DNA of 64,000 bases from Candidatus Marinacidobacterales bacterium (GCA_965226495.1 OZ245365.1:5856001-5920000); one strand, 5' to 3'. Shown: positions 1-10,108, numbered from the stretch's first letter. Notes: a model not told the origin generated them from the sequence alone. A program made the numbers and translations.

Positions 1-136
1 CGGATACCGGCCTTCCCCTCCGGCTCCCTAGCTTTTTCTAACCACCCTCACCCCGGCCCTCTCCCTTTCGGCCGTCAAAATGCGCAGTGCCAGAGAAAAA
101 GCGAGCCAGACGGCGGTATGATGGGCCAGCTCCAAC

Positions 137-583
137 ATGAAAGAGGTCACGGTTTTTACGGACGGCGCCTGCCAGGGCAATCCAGGACCCGGCGGTTGGG
201 CGGCCATCGTCGACGAGAATGGCGAGCGTCGCGAGCTCCATGGTGCCGAGGCCGCGACGACCAACAATCGCATGGAGCTCATGGCGGCCATCCGCGGCTT
301 GGAATCTCTCTCACTACCTTCCCAGGTGCGAGTCGTCACCGATTCCCAGTACGTTGCGTTGGGCATGACACGTTGGATCCACTCCTGGCGACGAAAGGGC
401 TGGAAGACGGCGAGCGGCTCACCGGTGAAAAACCGAGACCTATGGCAAATGCTTTGGGAGCTCGCCGAGAAACATCGGCTGACTTGGGAGTGGGTGCGAG
501 GTCACGATGGTCATCCGGAGAACGAAAGGGTGGATGCCCTCGCCAAGGAAGCCATCAACGAGCTCGAAGTCGGTGATTACTAG
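137..583 (+). CDS. rnhA: Ribonuclease HI
   Basis: Motifs FTDGACQGNPGPGGW, TTNNRMEL, TDSQY, VKNRDLW, WVRGH...NERVD. Confidence 0.97.
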   Translation: MKEVTVFTDGACQGNPGPGGWAAIVDENGERRELHGAEAATTNNRMELMAAIRGLESLSLPSQVRVVTDSQYVALGMTRWIHSWRRKGWKTASGSPVKNRDLWQMLWELAEKHRLTWEWVRGHDGHPENERVDALAKEAINELEVGDY

Positions 584-604
584 TTACAGTTCGCATCCCT
601 GTCA

Positions 605-2536
605 TTAACGTCGTTCGTTCTCTGCCGCCAGGCTCTCCCACTCCTTATAGAGACGATCCAACTCCACTTTGAGGCTCTCGTGCGTGGCGACCACGTCGGC
701 CGCTCCGTTTGCGTCGTCATAGAAGCCGGGCACCGCCATTCTTCCCTCTAGGCTGCCTATCGCGGACTCGGTCTCGGCAATGCTTTCTTCGAGCCTCTGA
801 GTCTTTTCTCGCCGTCTCCGCGCTTGGTTGGATTTCCCGTTGCGTGTCGCCGCCTTCGTTTCCTTCGTAGAAGACGGGGGTGGAGACTTCTTTGAGGTGA
901 CCTCGAATTTCTCGGAGACTTCCTCGCGTTCTGGGAGGGCGGTGGCACGCACGAAGTCCTCGTAATTTCCCCAGTACAGCCGAACCGTTCCGTTTCCGAC
1001 TTCGGCCACCTTGGTTGCCAGCGCGTCGATAAAGTAACGGTCGTGGGAGACGAAGATGAGAGTTCCGGTGAATCCTTTGAGCGCGTTGAGTAGCACTTCC
1101 TTGGAGTCGAGATCGAGATGGTTGGTGGGCTCGTCTAGCAAGAGCACGTTCGCGGGGTGCAGCAACATTTTGGCGAGCGCGAGTCGGCTCTTCTCGCCGC
1201 CGGAAAGCACCTTGGCTTTCTTTTCCACATCGTCGTTTCGAAAAAGAAAGGCCCCCAGGATGTTGCGGAGCCGGGGAATGAGATCGACCGGTGCGACTTC
1301 CATCAGATTAGCAAGAACGGTCTTGTTTGGGTCGAGGTCGAACGCCCGTTCTTGGCTGAAGTAGCCTCGGCTTACTTTATGACCCGGCTTGAGCTCACCA
1401 GAGTCCGGCGGCTCCAGTCCAGCCAGGAGGCGCACGAGAGTGGACTTGCCGGCGCCGTTTGATCCCACCAACGCCACGCGCTCACCGCGCTCCACGAGGA
1501 GATCGACACCATCGAACACGTGCTTCTCACCATATTTTTTGGTGACCGCCTTTAGCTCGAAAACGACCCGGCCGCTCCTTTCGGGCTGTGGCAGCCGCAG
1601 CTTCATGAGCTTCCTCTCCGGAGGGACCTCGATCTTTTCTATCTTCTCGAGCATCTTCACTCGACTCTGCACCTGTTTAGCCTTGCTGGCTTTGGCGCGA
1701 AAACGACCGATGAATCTCTGGATGCGCTCCATCTCCTCTTCCTGGTGCCGAGCGCGCGCGCGGAGCTCGGCAATCGCCTTTTCCCGAACCTTGAGATAGT
1801 TGGAGTAGGTGCCCGGGTAGTCTCGGAGTTGGCGTCGATCGATCTCGGTGATGCGGGTAACCATCTGATCCAAGAAGTAGCGATCGTGGGAGACGAGGAC
1901 CACCGCATGCGGATACACGGCGAGGAATTCCTCCAGCCAGTTTCTTGCCTCGAGATCGAGGTGATTCGTAGGCTCGTCGAGCAGAAGAATGTCGGGGCGA
2001 GCGAGAAGCAGCTTGGCTAGGGCGATGCGCATCTGCCAACCGCCACTGAAGGTCTCGGTAGGGGCATCGAGCTCGGCACCTTGAAACCCCAGGCCGCGAA
2101 GGACCTCCTCGACGCGTGCTTCGATGCTGAAGCCCTCATGCCGGTCCCACTCTTCTTGGCATTCTCCGTATCGCTTGAGCACCGCCTGGTGGTCGCTGCG
2201 TTCGGAGTCGAACCGGCTCATCTTTTCCTCGAGCTCTCGCTGCTCGTCCCGTAATGCCAAGACATCGGCGAACACAGAGGTCGCTTCTTCTTTGAGTGTC
2301 CGGCCGCGATGACTGAGTCCGTCCTGTGGAAGGAAGCCGACTCTCGTTCCCCGTGGCGCCGTGACGTCACCCTTGTCGGGGGTGTCCGTTCCTGCGAGGA
2401 TGCGCAGCAGTGTGGTCTTCCCGGAACCGTTAGGACCGGTGAGACCTACTCGCTCCCCTTCGGAAACGTTCCAAGTGACGTTCTCGAAGAGGATTTGACT
2501 ACCGAAGCCCTTAGTGAGGGCTTGGACTTGTTGCAT
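605..2536 (-). CDS. ABC-F family ATP-binding protein (Uup/YheS-like)
   Basis: Two NBDs (GPNGSGKTT, FSGGWQMR, LLLDEPTNHLD; GSNGAGKST, LSGGEKSR), no TM segments, C-terminal coiled coil. Start placed at ATG 2536 (MQQVQALTK). Confidence 0.93.
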   Translation of the reverse strand: MQQVQALTKGFGSQILFENVTWNVSEGERVGLTGPNGSGKTTLLRILAGTDTPDKGDVTAPRGTRVGFLPQDGLSHRGRTLKEEATSVFADVLALRDEQRELEEKMSRFDSERSDHQAVLKRYGECQEEWDRHEGFSIEARVEEVLRGLGFQGAELDAPTETFSGGWQMRIALAKLLLARPDILLLDEPTNHLDLEARNWLEEFLAVYPHAVVLVSHDRYFLDQMVTRITEIDRRQLRDYPGTYSNYLKVREKAIAELRARARHQEEEMERIQRFIGRFRAKASKAKQVQSRVKMLEKIEKIEVPPERKLMKLRLPQPERSGRVVFELKAVTKKYGEKHVFDGVDLLVERGERVALVGSNGAGKSTLVRLLAGLEPPDSGELKPGHKVSRGYFSQERAFDLDPNKTVLANLMEVAPVDLIPRLRNILGAFLFRNDDVEKKAKVLSGGEKSRLALAKMLLHPANVLLLDEPTNHLDLDSKEVLLNALKGFTGTLIFVSHDRYFIDALATKVAEVGNGTVRLYWGNYEDFVRATALPEREEVSEKFEVTSKKSPPPSSTKETKAATRNGKSNQARRRREKTQRLEESIAETESAIGSLEGRMAVPGFYDDANGAADVVATHESLKVELDRLYKEWESLAAENERR

Positions 2537-2646
2537 GGCGGCCCTGGCGCTGGCGCTGGCGCTATCAGTGAAAAGTGAAAAGCCCGGCTCGTGAAAGCCG
2601 GGGTAGACAAAATTATAGCACGCACGCTTCGTGACCCTACGTAACA

Positions 2647-2676
2647 TTGACACTCTCTGGACCGTGTGTTCATAAT
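2647..2676 (+). promoter_or_regulatory. Sigma70-type promoter TTGACA-N18-CATAAT
   Basis: Perfect -35 at 2647-2652 and near-consensus -10 at 2671-2676, 7-10 nt before GTG/ATG 2683/2686. Confidence 0.6.
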
Positions 2677-2685
2677 CGGGCCGTG

Positions 2686-5600
2686 ATGAGAAGAACGAAT
2701 CTAACCGTCGGTATCTATCTGCTTGTTTTGGTCTTCGGATTCTCCCTGGAGGGCTCTTCGTCACGCCAGAAAACCCCGGCTAGTGCGCAGGTTCACGCCA
2801 ACCGTGGCGTTGCCCTCTTAGAGCAGTTTCGATTCGAGGAGGCGGCGATTGAGTTCGAAGCGGTCGTCTCACTGGAGCCGGATTCACTGGCCGGCCAGGT
2901 GAACCTGGGGATCGCCTATTTCAACCAACGTGACTTCGATAAGGCGCAAGTAGCCTTCGAGAGAGCGAAGGCTCTCGATCCCGACAATCCGTATGTCCAC
3001 TACAACCTCGGGCTTATCTTCAAGCTCATGGGAGACACGGAGGAAGCGGTGATCGCCTTCGAGAAAGTGGCAGCTGAAGACCCCACGGATTCGATGACTC
3101 TTTATTACTTGGGTACCCTCTACGCCAACCTGGGGCGTCTGGAAGACGCGGAGGCGACGCTTAGAAAGACCCTCGAGCTTCAACCCAATAACGAATCGGC
3201 GCACTTCAGTTTGGGCAATGTTCTCATTCGTCAGGGGAGGACGGATGAGGGTCGAAAAGAATTAGGGATCTTCCGCAACCTCAAGGAAAGCTTTCCCGCC
3301 GAGGCCGCATCGGCAGGACTCCAGTACACCGAGCTCGGGCCGTACGCCGAGGCCATCGAAGAGTTTTCACCCCTGCAGGAGACACAGCCGGAAGCGAGAG
3401 CGCGGTCGAAGGTTCGCTGGGTCGAAATCAGCGAAGAGGCTGGTCTCGCGCTTCGCTCCCTGCCATCACCCCCCTCATGGCCGAATTCCGTATCGGCTGA
3501 GGAGTATGGAATGGAGTTCATCGAGAGCCGCCTTTTGCCACATTGGGGCTCTGGTCTAGCGTTCCGTGATCTAGATTCTGACGGTGACGCGGATCTGATC
3601 TTCGTGCGAGCCGGTGGAGCCGTCGTCTTCATCAACAGCGGCGGACGATTCGCTAAGGGAACTACTGGCCTACCGGAAGCAGGGAAGTTTGTTGGCGTAA
3701 CGGTGGGTGACGTCGATGGTGACGGTGATGCCGATGTCTATCTCGTGGGTTCGGGACCGAATGCGCTCTTCATCAATGACGGTGCGGGGCAATTCGCAAA
3801 GTCAGACGCCGAGGTGGGCGGCAGTGATGTTTCGGTGAGTGCAACCTTCGCCGATGTCGATCACGACGGGGATTTGGATATTTACGTTTCGAACTACGTC
3901 GACCCGAAAGCGCGCCCCGCCAAGGACGCTTTGCGAGTGCCACAGGACCTGGTGGGTGCTCCGAATCGTCTCTATCGAAACAACGGCAATGGCACGTTCG
4001 TCGAGATTGGGGCCGAGAGTCTTACCGCGGGTGGAGCCACTCGTAGCCTGGGGGCGGTGTTCTCCGATCTGGATGACGATCGTGACATCGATTTCCTCGT
4101 CGTAAACGACGGACAGCCGGTACAGGTTTTTTCGAACGAGCGCGTCGGTACCTTCACCGAGGTTTCCGAGGCATGGGGGGTAGCCACGTCGAGCAAGTCA
4201 CGCGGTGTCGATTCGGCGGATTTCGATCGCGACGGCGATTTCGACCTGTTCTTCACCGCCGAGGGCGCTCCCTTAAACCTGCTTCTGCGTGGACCCGCGT
4301 CCCGGGGTTTCACGCCGGACGTCGATTCGCCGGGTTTGCTGTCGGCGGGCGTCCCGGGTGGTCGGTTCGGCACGACCTTTCTGGATGCCGACAACGACGC
4401 TGACCTGGATCTGCTCGTGGTGACGAACGAGCCCGGAGCCGTCGCTGCCTTCTATGAGAGCTCGCGCTCTGGCTTCCGTCGTGCGGGCAAGCTTGCAGCA
4501 TCTGCAGCAGACGTCGGTGCGGGACGAGCTCTGGCGGTCGCGGACATCGATAACGATGGCGATCTCGACGCGGTGGTCGGTACCGATCGTGGTCGGCTGT
4601 TGCTCTTCCGAAACGATGGCGGCAACGCAGGAGGGTGGTTAAACGTCATCGCGCAAGGACTCCGAAGCAACAAGGATGGCCTCGGGACCAAGATCGAAGT
4701 GAAAGCGGGCTCGGCGCGTCTCCGCCGGGAAGCCCGCTCGGTCTCCGGTTACATGTCCCAGAACAATCGGCCCCTTCATTTTGGACTGGGGTCACAAAAA
4801 GCCGCCGATTACATTCGTTTTCTTTGGCCGGGTGGTGTCAAGCAGATCGAGATGGACGTCGAAGGCGGCCAAACCGTGACCTACGAAGAGCTGAACCGCA
4901 AGGGGACCTCCTGCCCGATCCTCTATACGTGGGATGGGGAGCAGACTCGTTTCGTGACCGATTTTCTCGGTGGGGCCGCGGTTGGTTACCTTCATGCACC
5001 CGGGAAGTACAACTATCCGGACACCGATGAATACATAAAGCTCGAGCACTTCCCTCCTGAACCGAAGGATGGTTCGTATGAGCTCCGGTGGGTAAACCAA
5101 CTCGAAGAAGTACTCGGCTATGACAAGGCTTCCCTGATCGCGGTAGATCATCCTGCCGAGGTCGACGTCTTTCCCAATGAACGCCTTCTGCCGGCACCGC
5201 CCTATCCCGAGTCGCGACTCTATCCCGTTAGAGATGCGCGTCCTCCGAGCGAGGCGGTCGATCATCAAGGCAACGACGTGACGCATCTGATCGCCGAGAA
5301 GGATCGACTCTATCCCGGTGAGCTTACGGCGTTGCCGTTCAAGGGCTATGCCGAGCCGCATTCCCTGACGCTGGATCTCGGAGAGATCGGCGACGGGGAA
5401 GAGGCAGTGCTGCTTCTGTATGGGTGGATCGATTACACCGATTCGAGCTCGAACCTAGCTGCCTGGCAGGCGGGGGCCACGGTGAGGACACCGTATCTCG
5501 AGGTGGAAGACGGCGAGGGCGGCTTTCGCATGGCGATTGAACAGATGGGCTTCCCGGCCGGTCTTCCCAAAACCATGTTGGTCGATCTAGAAGGGATCGT

Positions 5601-6189
5601 CGATGCGAAACATCGCCGCGTGCGCATCACGACGAGCCAGAAAATCTATTGGGATCAGATCCTGGTGGCGACCGTCGTGCCCGGCATCGATCTACGAGTC
5701 ACCGAGCTGGCCCCGGATCGTGCCGAGCTTGGTTTCCGGGGTTTTCCAGCCTCCATCAATCCGGACGGCCGAGCACCGTACATCTATGATTACTCTCAGA
5801 TCTCGGCGACCGAGGTTTGGGACGCGCACGAGGGCCGCTACACTCGATATGGCGACGTGCGCGAGCTCGTGGAAGCCATCGACGATCGCTACGTCATCAC
5901 CAAGAACGGGGACGAGCTCACCCTTTTTTTTGATGCCGACCGTCTTCCCTCATTACCGGACGGCTGGACGCGCACTTTCCTGGTGTTCGCCGATGGCTTC
6001 GGGAAGGACATGGATCTCAACTCGGCGTACGCGGATACGGTGGAGCCGCTACCGTTTCATGAAATGACGGCTTACCCGTACGAGCCCGGCGAGAGCTTCC
6101 CCGAGACAGAAGCCCACAAGCGAGATCGACAGATCTACCACACCCGCCGCGTCGAAAGGCAGAGGTCGAGCGCCGCCACGACTCCATAG
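2686..6189 (+). CDS. Exported TPR + FG-GAP/VCBS repeat + ASPIC/UnbV (CRTAC1-like) protein
   Basis: Signal peptide, several TPR repeats, repeated DxDxDGDxD motifs, ASPIC-like SGYMSQN...LHFGLG...WPGG, long C-terminal domain beginning KGTSCP. Confidence 0.88.
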   Translation: MRRTNLTVGIYLLVLVFGFSLEGSSSRQKTPASAQVHANRGVALLEQFRFEEAAIEFEAVVSLEPDSLAGQVNLGIAYFNQRDFDKAQVAFERAKALDPDNPYVHYNLGLIFKLMGDTEEAVIAFEKVAAEDPTDSMTLYYLGTLYANLGRLEDAEATLRKTLELQPNNESAHFSLGNVLIRQGRTDEGRKELGIFRNLKESFPAEAASAGLQYTELGPYAEAIEEFSPLQETQPEARARSKVRWVEISEEAGLALRSLPSPPSWPNSVSAEEYGMEFIESRLLPHWGSGLAFRDLDSDGDADLIFVRAGGAVVFINSGGRFAKGTTGLPEAGKFVGVTVGDVDGDGDADVYLVGSGPNALFINDGAGQFAKSDAEVGGSDVSVSATFADVDHDGDLDIYVSNYVDPKARPAKDALRVPQDLVGAPNRLYRNNGNGTFVEIGAESLTAGGATRSLGAVFSDLDDDRDIDFLVVNDGQPVQVFSNERVGTFTEVSEAWGVATSSKSRGVDSADFDRDGDFDLFFTAEGAPLNLLLRGPASRGFTPDVDSPGLLSAGVPGGRFGTTFLDADNDADLDLLVVTNEPGAVAAFYESSRSGFRRAGKLAASAADVGAGRALAVADIDNDGDLDAVVGTDRGRLLLFRNDGGNAGGWLNVIAQGLRSNKDGLGTKIEVKAGSARLRREARSVSGYMSQNNRPLHFGLGSQKAADYIRFLWPGGVKQIEMDVEGGQTVTYEELNRKGTSCPILYTWDGEQTRFVTDFLGGAAVGYLHAPGKYNYPDTDEYIKLEHFPPEPKDGSYELRWVNQLEEVLGYDKASLIAVDHPAEVDVFPNERLLPAPPYPESRLYPVRDARPPSEAVDHQGNDVTHLIAEKDRLYPGELTALPFKGYAEPHSLTLDLGEIGDGEEAVLLLYGWIDYTDSSSNLAAWQAGATVRTPYLEVEDGEGGFRMAIEQMGFPAGLPKTMLVDLEGIVDAKHRRVRITTSQKIYWDQILVATVVPGIDLRVTELAPDRAELGFRGFPASINPDGRAPYIYDYSQISATEVWDAHEGRYTRYGDVRELVEAIDDRYVITKNGDELTLFFDADRLPSLPDGWTRTFLVFADGFGKDMDLNSAYADTVEPLPFHEMTAYPYEPGESFPETEAHKRDRQIYHTRRVERQRSSAATTP

Positions 6190-6257
6190 TCAGCGACAGG
6201 TAGCTACCGGACCGTGGTCTTATCCAATGGACTTGGAATCAACGGTTTGCAGTAGTG

Positions 6258-6286
6258 TTGACCATAGGAAATGTCTATGGTGAAAT
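6258..6286 (+). promoter_or_regulatory. Putative antitoxin promoter with overlapping palindromic operator ACCATAG-N7-CTATGGT
   Basis: TTGACC-N17-TGAAAT with a perfect 7-bp inverted repeat at 6261-6281, the layout typical of TA autorepression. Confidence 0.55.
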
Positions 6287-6293
6287 CTCTCCA

Positions 6294-6515
6294 ATGGAAA
6301 CTGTAAGCATCTCGAAGTTCAAAGCCACCTGCCTTGAGCTCCTAAAGAAAGTGCAACGAACGGGAGAGCCGATCCTCATCACCGAAGGAGGGGAGCCCGT
6401 CGCGCAAGTGGTTCCGCCCGTGGTGAAAAGGGAGAAGCGCCGATGGCTAGGGTCCGCGCGTGGCACAGGCCGCATCGTCGGCGACATTGTGTCGCCGGTT
6501 GGCGAAAGGGATTGA
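6294..6515 (+). CDS. Phd/YefM family antitoxin (no adjacent toxin)
   Basis: METVSISKFKATCLELLKKVQRTGEPILITEGGEPVAQVVP is a typical Phd N-terminus; tail GSARGTGRIVGDIVSP. Confidence 0.88.
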   Translation: METVSISKFKATCLELLKKVQRTGEPILITEGGEPVAQVVPPVVKREKRRWLGSARGTGRIVGDIVSPVGERD

Positions 6516-6629
6516 AGAAGTCTCCAATCAAACAAAGGAACTAGCGTCCAGCGATAGCGAGCTACGTTCTTGGTTTGTTGGGTGCTCGCCCCCTCATGAG
6601 TTGCGGCACTCTCAAGGCGGAGAACCGAC

Positions 6630-7682
6630 TCAACGATCTCGGTAGTAGGATTCGATGGCGGTTTTGCTGACCTCGATGTATTGCCGGAGTCCTTCGCTCG
6701 CCCCTTCTTCGGCCGCCTTGCGAATCAGCCCCCCGAAGAATCCGCCGAGCTCACCCGAGCGGAAACGACTCACGGTAACTAAATAGAAGCTTTCGTGGTT
6801 CGTGTCGCCGTCGTTCTGGACGAGGAAACGGAGATCCAGCCCAGTGTGGAAGTACCGGCTGAAATAAAGCTGCTTCGAAGAAATTACGGCAGAGGCATTG
6901 TCCCCTGTTTCGGGCTGGTAGATGGTTACATGGCTGAGCCTAAGCACGGGTTCCAAACCGAAATCGTTGAGAGCCCAATAGAGGAAGTCGTCGGTGGATC
7001 CCGCAAGCTCCATCTTCGGGTATTCGAGGAGATACTCGTGCAGCTCCGGGATGTAACTCAGAATGTAGGGGGAGTTCTCGAGCAGTCCCTCGAACTCTTC
7101 CCGAACCAAGGTCGGTTTTTTCTTGTCGCGGTCGACTCCCAGCGCCTGGTTGCCGCCCTTGCTGTAAGCGTTTGCGAACTGTAACGCGAGCTCGCGGACG
7201 ATAGCCATCGCTTGCTGGTGCGCCTGCGGGCTCGTCCAGTTCACCTCGGTCTGAAAACGCGCGATGGCCTCCTCACCGAGCTTGAGCTCGCAATCGCCGA
7301 CGCGACATTCGGCTAAGTCCTCCAAGTCTTTATCGGGCAGGGTTAGAAGGGCGAAATCCTCTGCACCAGGGGGATCGCTTAACTTTCTCAAAGGACCCAG
7401 CCCGCTTTCGAAGCGCTCGATGTCCCGGTACATCCTCAGGAAGAACGCGGTGGAAGCCTTGAAAAGACCGACCCCCACTATGGTGACTTCCTCCTTCGAG
7501 GGAGTGCGGACCGTCTTCACGATCACGCTTCCCTGATCGATCGCTCGAAGTTCTTCCTCGGAAAAACCCGCGTGCGTCTTCAGGAAAGTGTGCGGCTCTT
7601 CCCCCGTTTGAGCCGCTGCACTTCCTGTGGCGGACATCCAAACGACCAGGCTTAGGCTTCGGAGGAGGCGTCGTCGTAGCAT
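6630..7682 (-). CDS. Conserved exported hypothetical protein
   Basis: RBS AAGGAG before ATG 7682, signal peptide ending AAA-Q, 350 aa; motifs FLYW..DFGLEP and SKQLYFSRYF. Confidence 0.75.
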   Translation of the reverse strand: MLRRRLLRSLSLVVWMSATGSAAAQTGEEPHTFLKTHAGFSEEELRAIDQGSVIVKTVRTPSKEEVTIVGVGLFKASTAFFLRMYRDIERFESGLGPLRKLSDPPGAEDFALLTLPDKDLEDLAECRVGDCELKLGEEAIARFQTEVNWTSPQAHQQAMAIVRELALQFANAYSKGGNQALGVDRDKKKPTLVREEFEGLLENSPYILSYIPELHEYLLEYPKMELAGSTDDFLYWALNDFGLEPVLRLSHVTIYQPETGDNASAVISSKQLYFSRYFHTGLDLRFLVQNDGDTNHESFYLVTVSRFRSGELGGFFGGLIRKAAEEGASEGLRQYIEVSKTAIESYYRDR

Positions 7683-7939
7683 GGGTCTCCTTCTATAGGG
7701 TGTTGAGGGTGAGAGCGCAAGTCTAATACCGCGGATCCACGCCAGGAAGATGGATACCATCTCAATTTAAGGTCGTTAACCTACTTAAATTAAATAGGTT
7801 ACACTCATCGACGAATCCCAGATTGAGAACCAGTATTTTTCCGGGTTCCCCTAACCGGCCTGACAATGTAAAACTCCTTGCCGAGTACTCATGAGGGGGG
7901 ATTTGAAGATAAGCTGCGTTTTATGATTGGCTGACGTCC

Positions 7940-10108
7940 ATGGGTCTACTCATCATCGCCCAGTTCATCGCCGTGGGGGCCCTGGCGACGGTCGGCCTCT
8001 CCCACGCCTTCATCTACGCGCGGCAGCCCGGGCCCAAGGTGCATCTTCTCTTCGCCCTCACCGCGTTTGGCTCCGCGGCCAACGCCGTCGCGGAGGTGTT
8101 TTTTTACCAATCCGTTACGGTGGCAGCTTTCAACCCGGCCTTCAAGTGGTCCAACAGCATCAATGCCTTTTGGTTCATCGCGCTCGTTGGATTCGTGGTG
8201 GTCTACACCGGGGGATGGCCGGCTCGGCGCCGACCCGCGTTTGCCTTGGCCACTATTTTCGTCTTCGCCGCGGTGGCCAACACTCTCTTGCCGTACGGCT
8301 TCCTCTACCAAGACATCACGGGGTTGAGGGAGGTTGTCCTTCCCTGGGGCGAGTCCTTCGTAACCGCGGTGGGAACGACCAGTCTGCGCAGGGTCTTCAC
8401 GGATCTGGCGTTCATCGGCGTCATCGCCCTTACGTTTGAGGGCACGGTGAGGCTCTGGCGGCGAGGGGACCGCCGCAGCGCCTGGTTCCTCGGCGGCAGC
8501 CTCTTGCTCTACCTTGTTCTGTTGCTGGTGACCGGCATCGTCGTCGACTTGGGGTTGGTGGAGATCCCGTATCTATACACGTTCGGTTATGTCGCGGTTG
8601 CCTTGGCGATGAGTTACCAGTTGGCCGGCGATGTGGCACGTGCATCGAGGTTGGCAGCAGAAGTGAAGTCTAATGAACGACGTTGGCGCTCGCTTCTCGA
8701 GAACGTGGAGATGCTCGTCGCGGGGGTGAACCGCGAGGGGCGCATCGATTACGTCAACCCGTACTTCACGGAAGTAAGCGGATTTTCATCGGTAGAGCTC
8801 ATCGGCAAGCCGATTGCGGAGTTGTTGCCCGAGCAGGACAAAGAGCTGCTGCTTGCCTTTCAAGAGGCTTTGGAGGGTCGGGTCCGTCCGCTCCAGGAAG
8901 CATCGTTGACGACGAAGAGTGGAGACGAGCGTCGAGTTATCTGGAGGAGCGTGGCTCTCAGAGAGCCACGCGGTGAAATCGCCGGCACGCTGAGCATCGG
9001 GGCGGATGTCACAGAGCGACGCAAGGCCGAAGCGGCGAGGGATCGAGCCTTGAACGACGCACAGAAAGCGCTCGAGGAAGTCGAGTCCCTGAAACGGAGA
9101 TTGGAAGAAGAAGTTATCTACTTAAAGAGCGAGATAACGACCATTGGACACTTCGACACGATCGTGGGAGAGAGCGATGCGATCCAGTATGTGCTTCAGA
9201 AAATCGAAGAAGTAGCGCCACTGGATACCACCGTCTTGATCGAGGGCGAGACCGGCGTTGGAAAGGAGCTGGTGGCTCGGGCGATCCACGAGCACAGCCC
9301 GCGACGGCAGCGGTCGTTGGTCAAGGTCAACTGCGCCGCACTTCCCGCGAACCTCATCGAGGCGGAGCTCTTTGGGCATGAGCGCGGGGCCTTTACCGGC
9401 GCTGTGAGGTTACGTAAAGGACGTTTCGAGCTGGCAAACGGTGGCACGCTCTTTCTCGACGAGATCGGTGAGCTTCCACTCGATCTTCAGGGCAAGCTCT
9501 TGAGAGTCCTAGAGGGAGGTGAGCTCGAGCGAGTGGGCGGCGAAGCGACGATCCAAGTTGACGTCCGCGTGTTAGCCGCCACCAATCGTAACTTGAAAGA
9601 GGAAGTCGATGCGGGTCGCTTCCGTGAGGACCTCTTCTATCGTTTGCACGTCTATCCGATTACCGTGCCTACCTTGCGACAGCGAAAGGATGACGTCCTG
9701 CTGCTCGTGAACTCATTTGTTCGGCGATTGGCCCGAGCGCAAGGTAAGCAGATCGATCAAATTCCCCAACCCGTACTGGACGAACTCGTTCGCTACGACT
9801 GGCCGGGAAACGTAAGGGAATTGGAGAACGTCATCGAACGCGCGGTGGTCACGACGCGTGACAACAAGCTTCACCTGGCGGCGCCGCTGACCCCGACTGC
9901 TGTACCAGCGGTCGAGGACGGTGCCCCGGCGACTTACCGAGGAAGTCTGGAGCACGTCGAGCGAGACTACATCGGCCGTGTCCTGGAGCTCAGCGATTGG
10001 CGCATCGAAGGGAATGAAGGAGCGGCCGAGCTCCTCGGACTTCATCCCAATACATTGCGATTCCGGATGCGAAAGCTCGGGATCAAACGGCCTTCCAAGC
10101 CGGCCTAA
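7940..10108 (+). CDS. Sigma54-dependent activator with N-terminal ~7TM sensor, PAS, AAA+ and Fis-type HTH
   Basis: About seven hydrophobic helices, PAS (YVNPYF...GFS...LIGK), GETGVGKE, GAFTGA, LFLDEIGE, FREDLFYRL, WPGNVRELEN, HTH AAELLGLHPNTLRFRMRKLGI. Confidence 0.93.
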   Translation: MGLLIIAQFIAVGALATVGLSHAFIYARQPGPKVHLLFALTAFGSAANAVAEVFFYQSVTVAAFNPAFKWSNSINAFWFIALVGFVVVYTGGWPARRRPAFALATIFVFAAVANTLLPYGFLYQDITGLREVVLPWGESFVTAVGTTSLRRVFTDLAFIGVIALTFEGTVRLWRRGDRRSAWFLGGSLLLYLVLLLVTGIVVDLGLVEIPYLYTFGYVAVALAMSYQLAGDVARASRLAAEVKSNERRWRSLLENVEMLVAGVNREGRIDYVNPYFTEVSGFSSVELIGKPIAELLPEQDKELLLAFQEALEGRVRPLQEASLTTKSGDERRVIWRSVALREPRGEIAGTLSIGADVTERRKAEAARDRALNDAQKALEEVESLKRRLEEEVIYLKSEITTIGHFDTIVGESDAIQYVLQKIEEVAPLDTTVLIEGETGVGKELVARAIHEHSPRRQRSLVKVNCAALPANLIEAELFGHERGAFTGAVRLRKGRFELANGGTLFLDEIGELPLDLQGKLLRVLEGGELERVGGEATIQVDVRVLAATNRNLKEEVDAGRFREDLFYRLHVYPITVPTLRQRKDDVLLLVNSFVRRLARAQGKQIDQIPQPVLDELVRYDWPGNVRELENVIERAVVTTRDNKLHLAAPLTPTAVPAVEDGAPATYRGSLEHVERDYIGRVLELSDWRIEGNEGAAELLGLHPNTLRFRMRKLGIKRPSKPA

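Noticed and set aside
2537-2764. N-terminal extension of the ABC-F ORF
   Set aside because: Overlaps the divergent gene and its promoter; the NBD starts at MQQVQ.
7777-7801. AT-rich palindrome TAACCTA-N11-TAGGTTA as a dif site
   Set aside because: Does not match the XerC/XerD 11-6-11 consensus; at most an IHF-like or regulator site.
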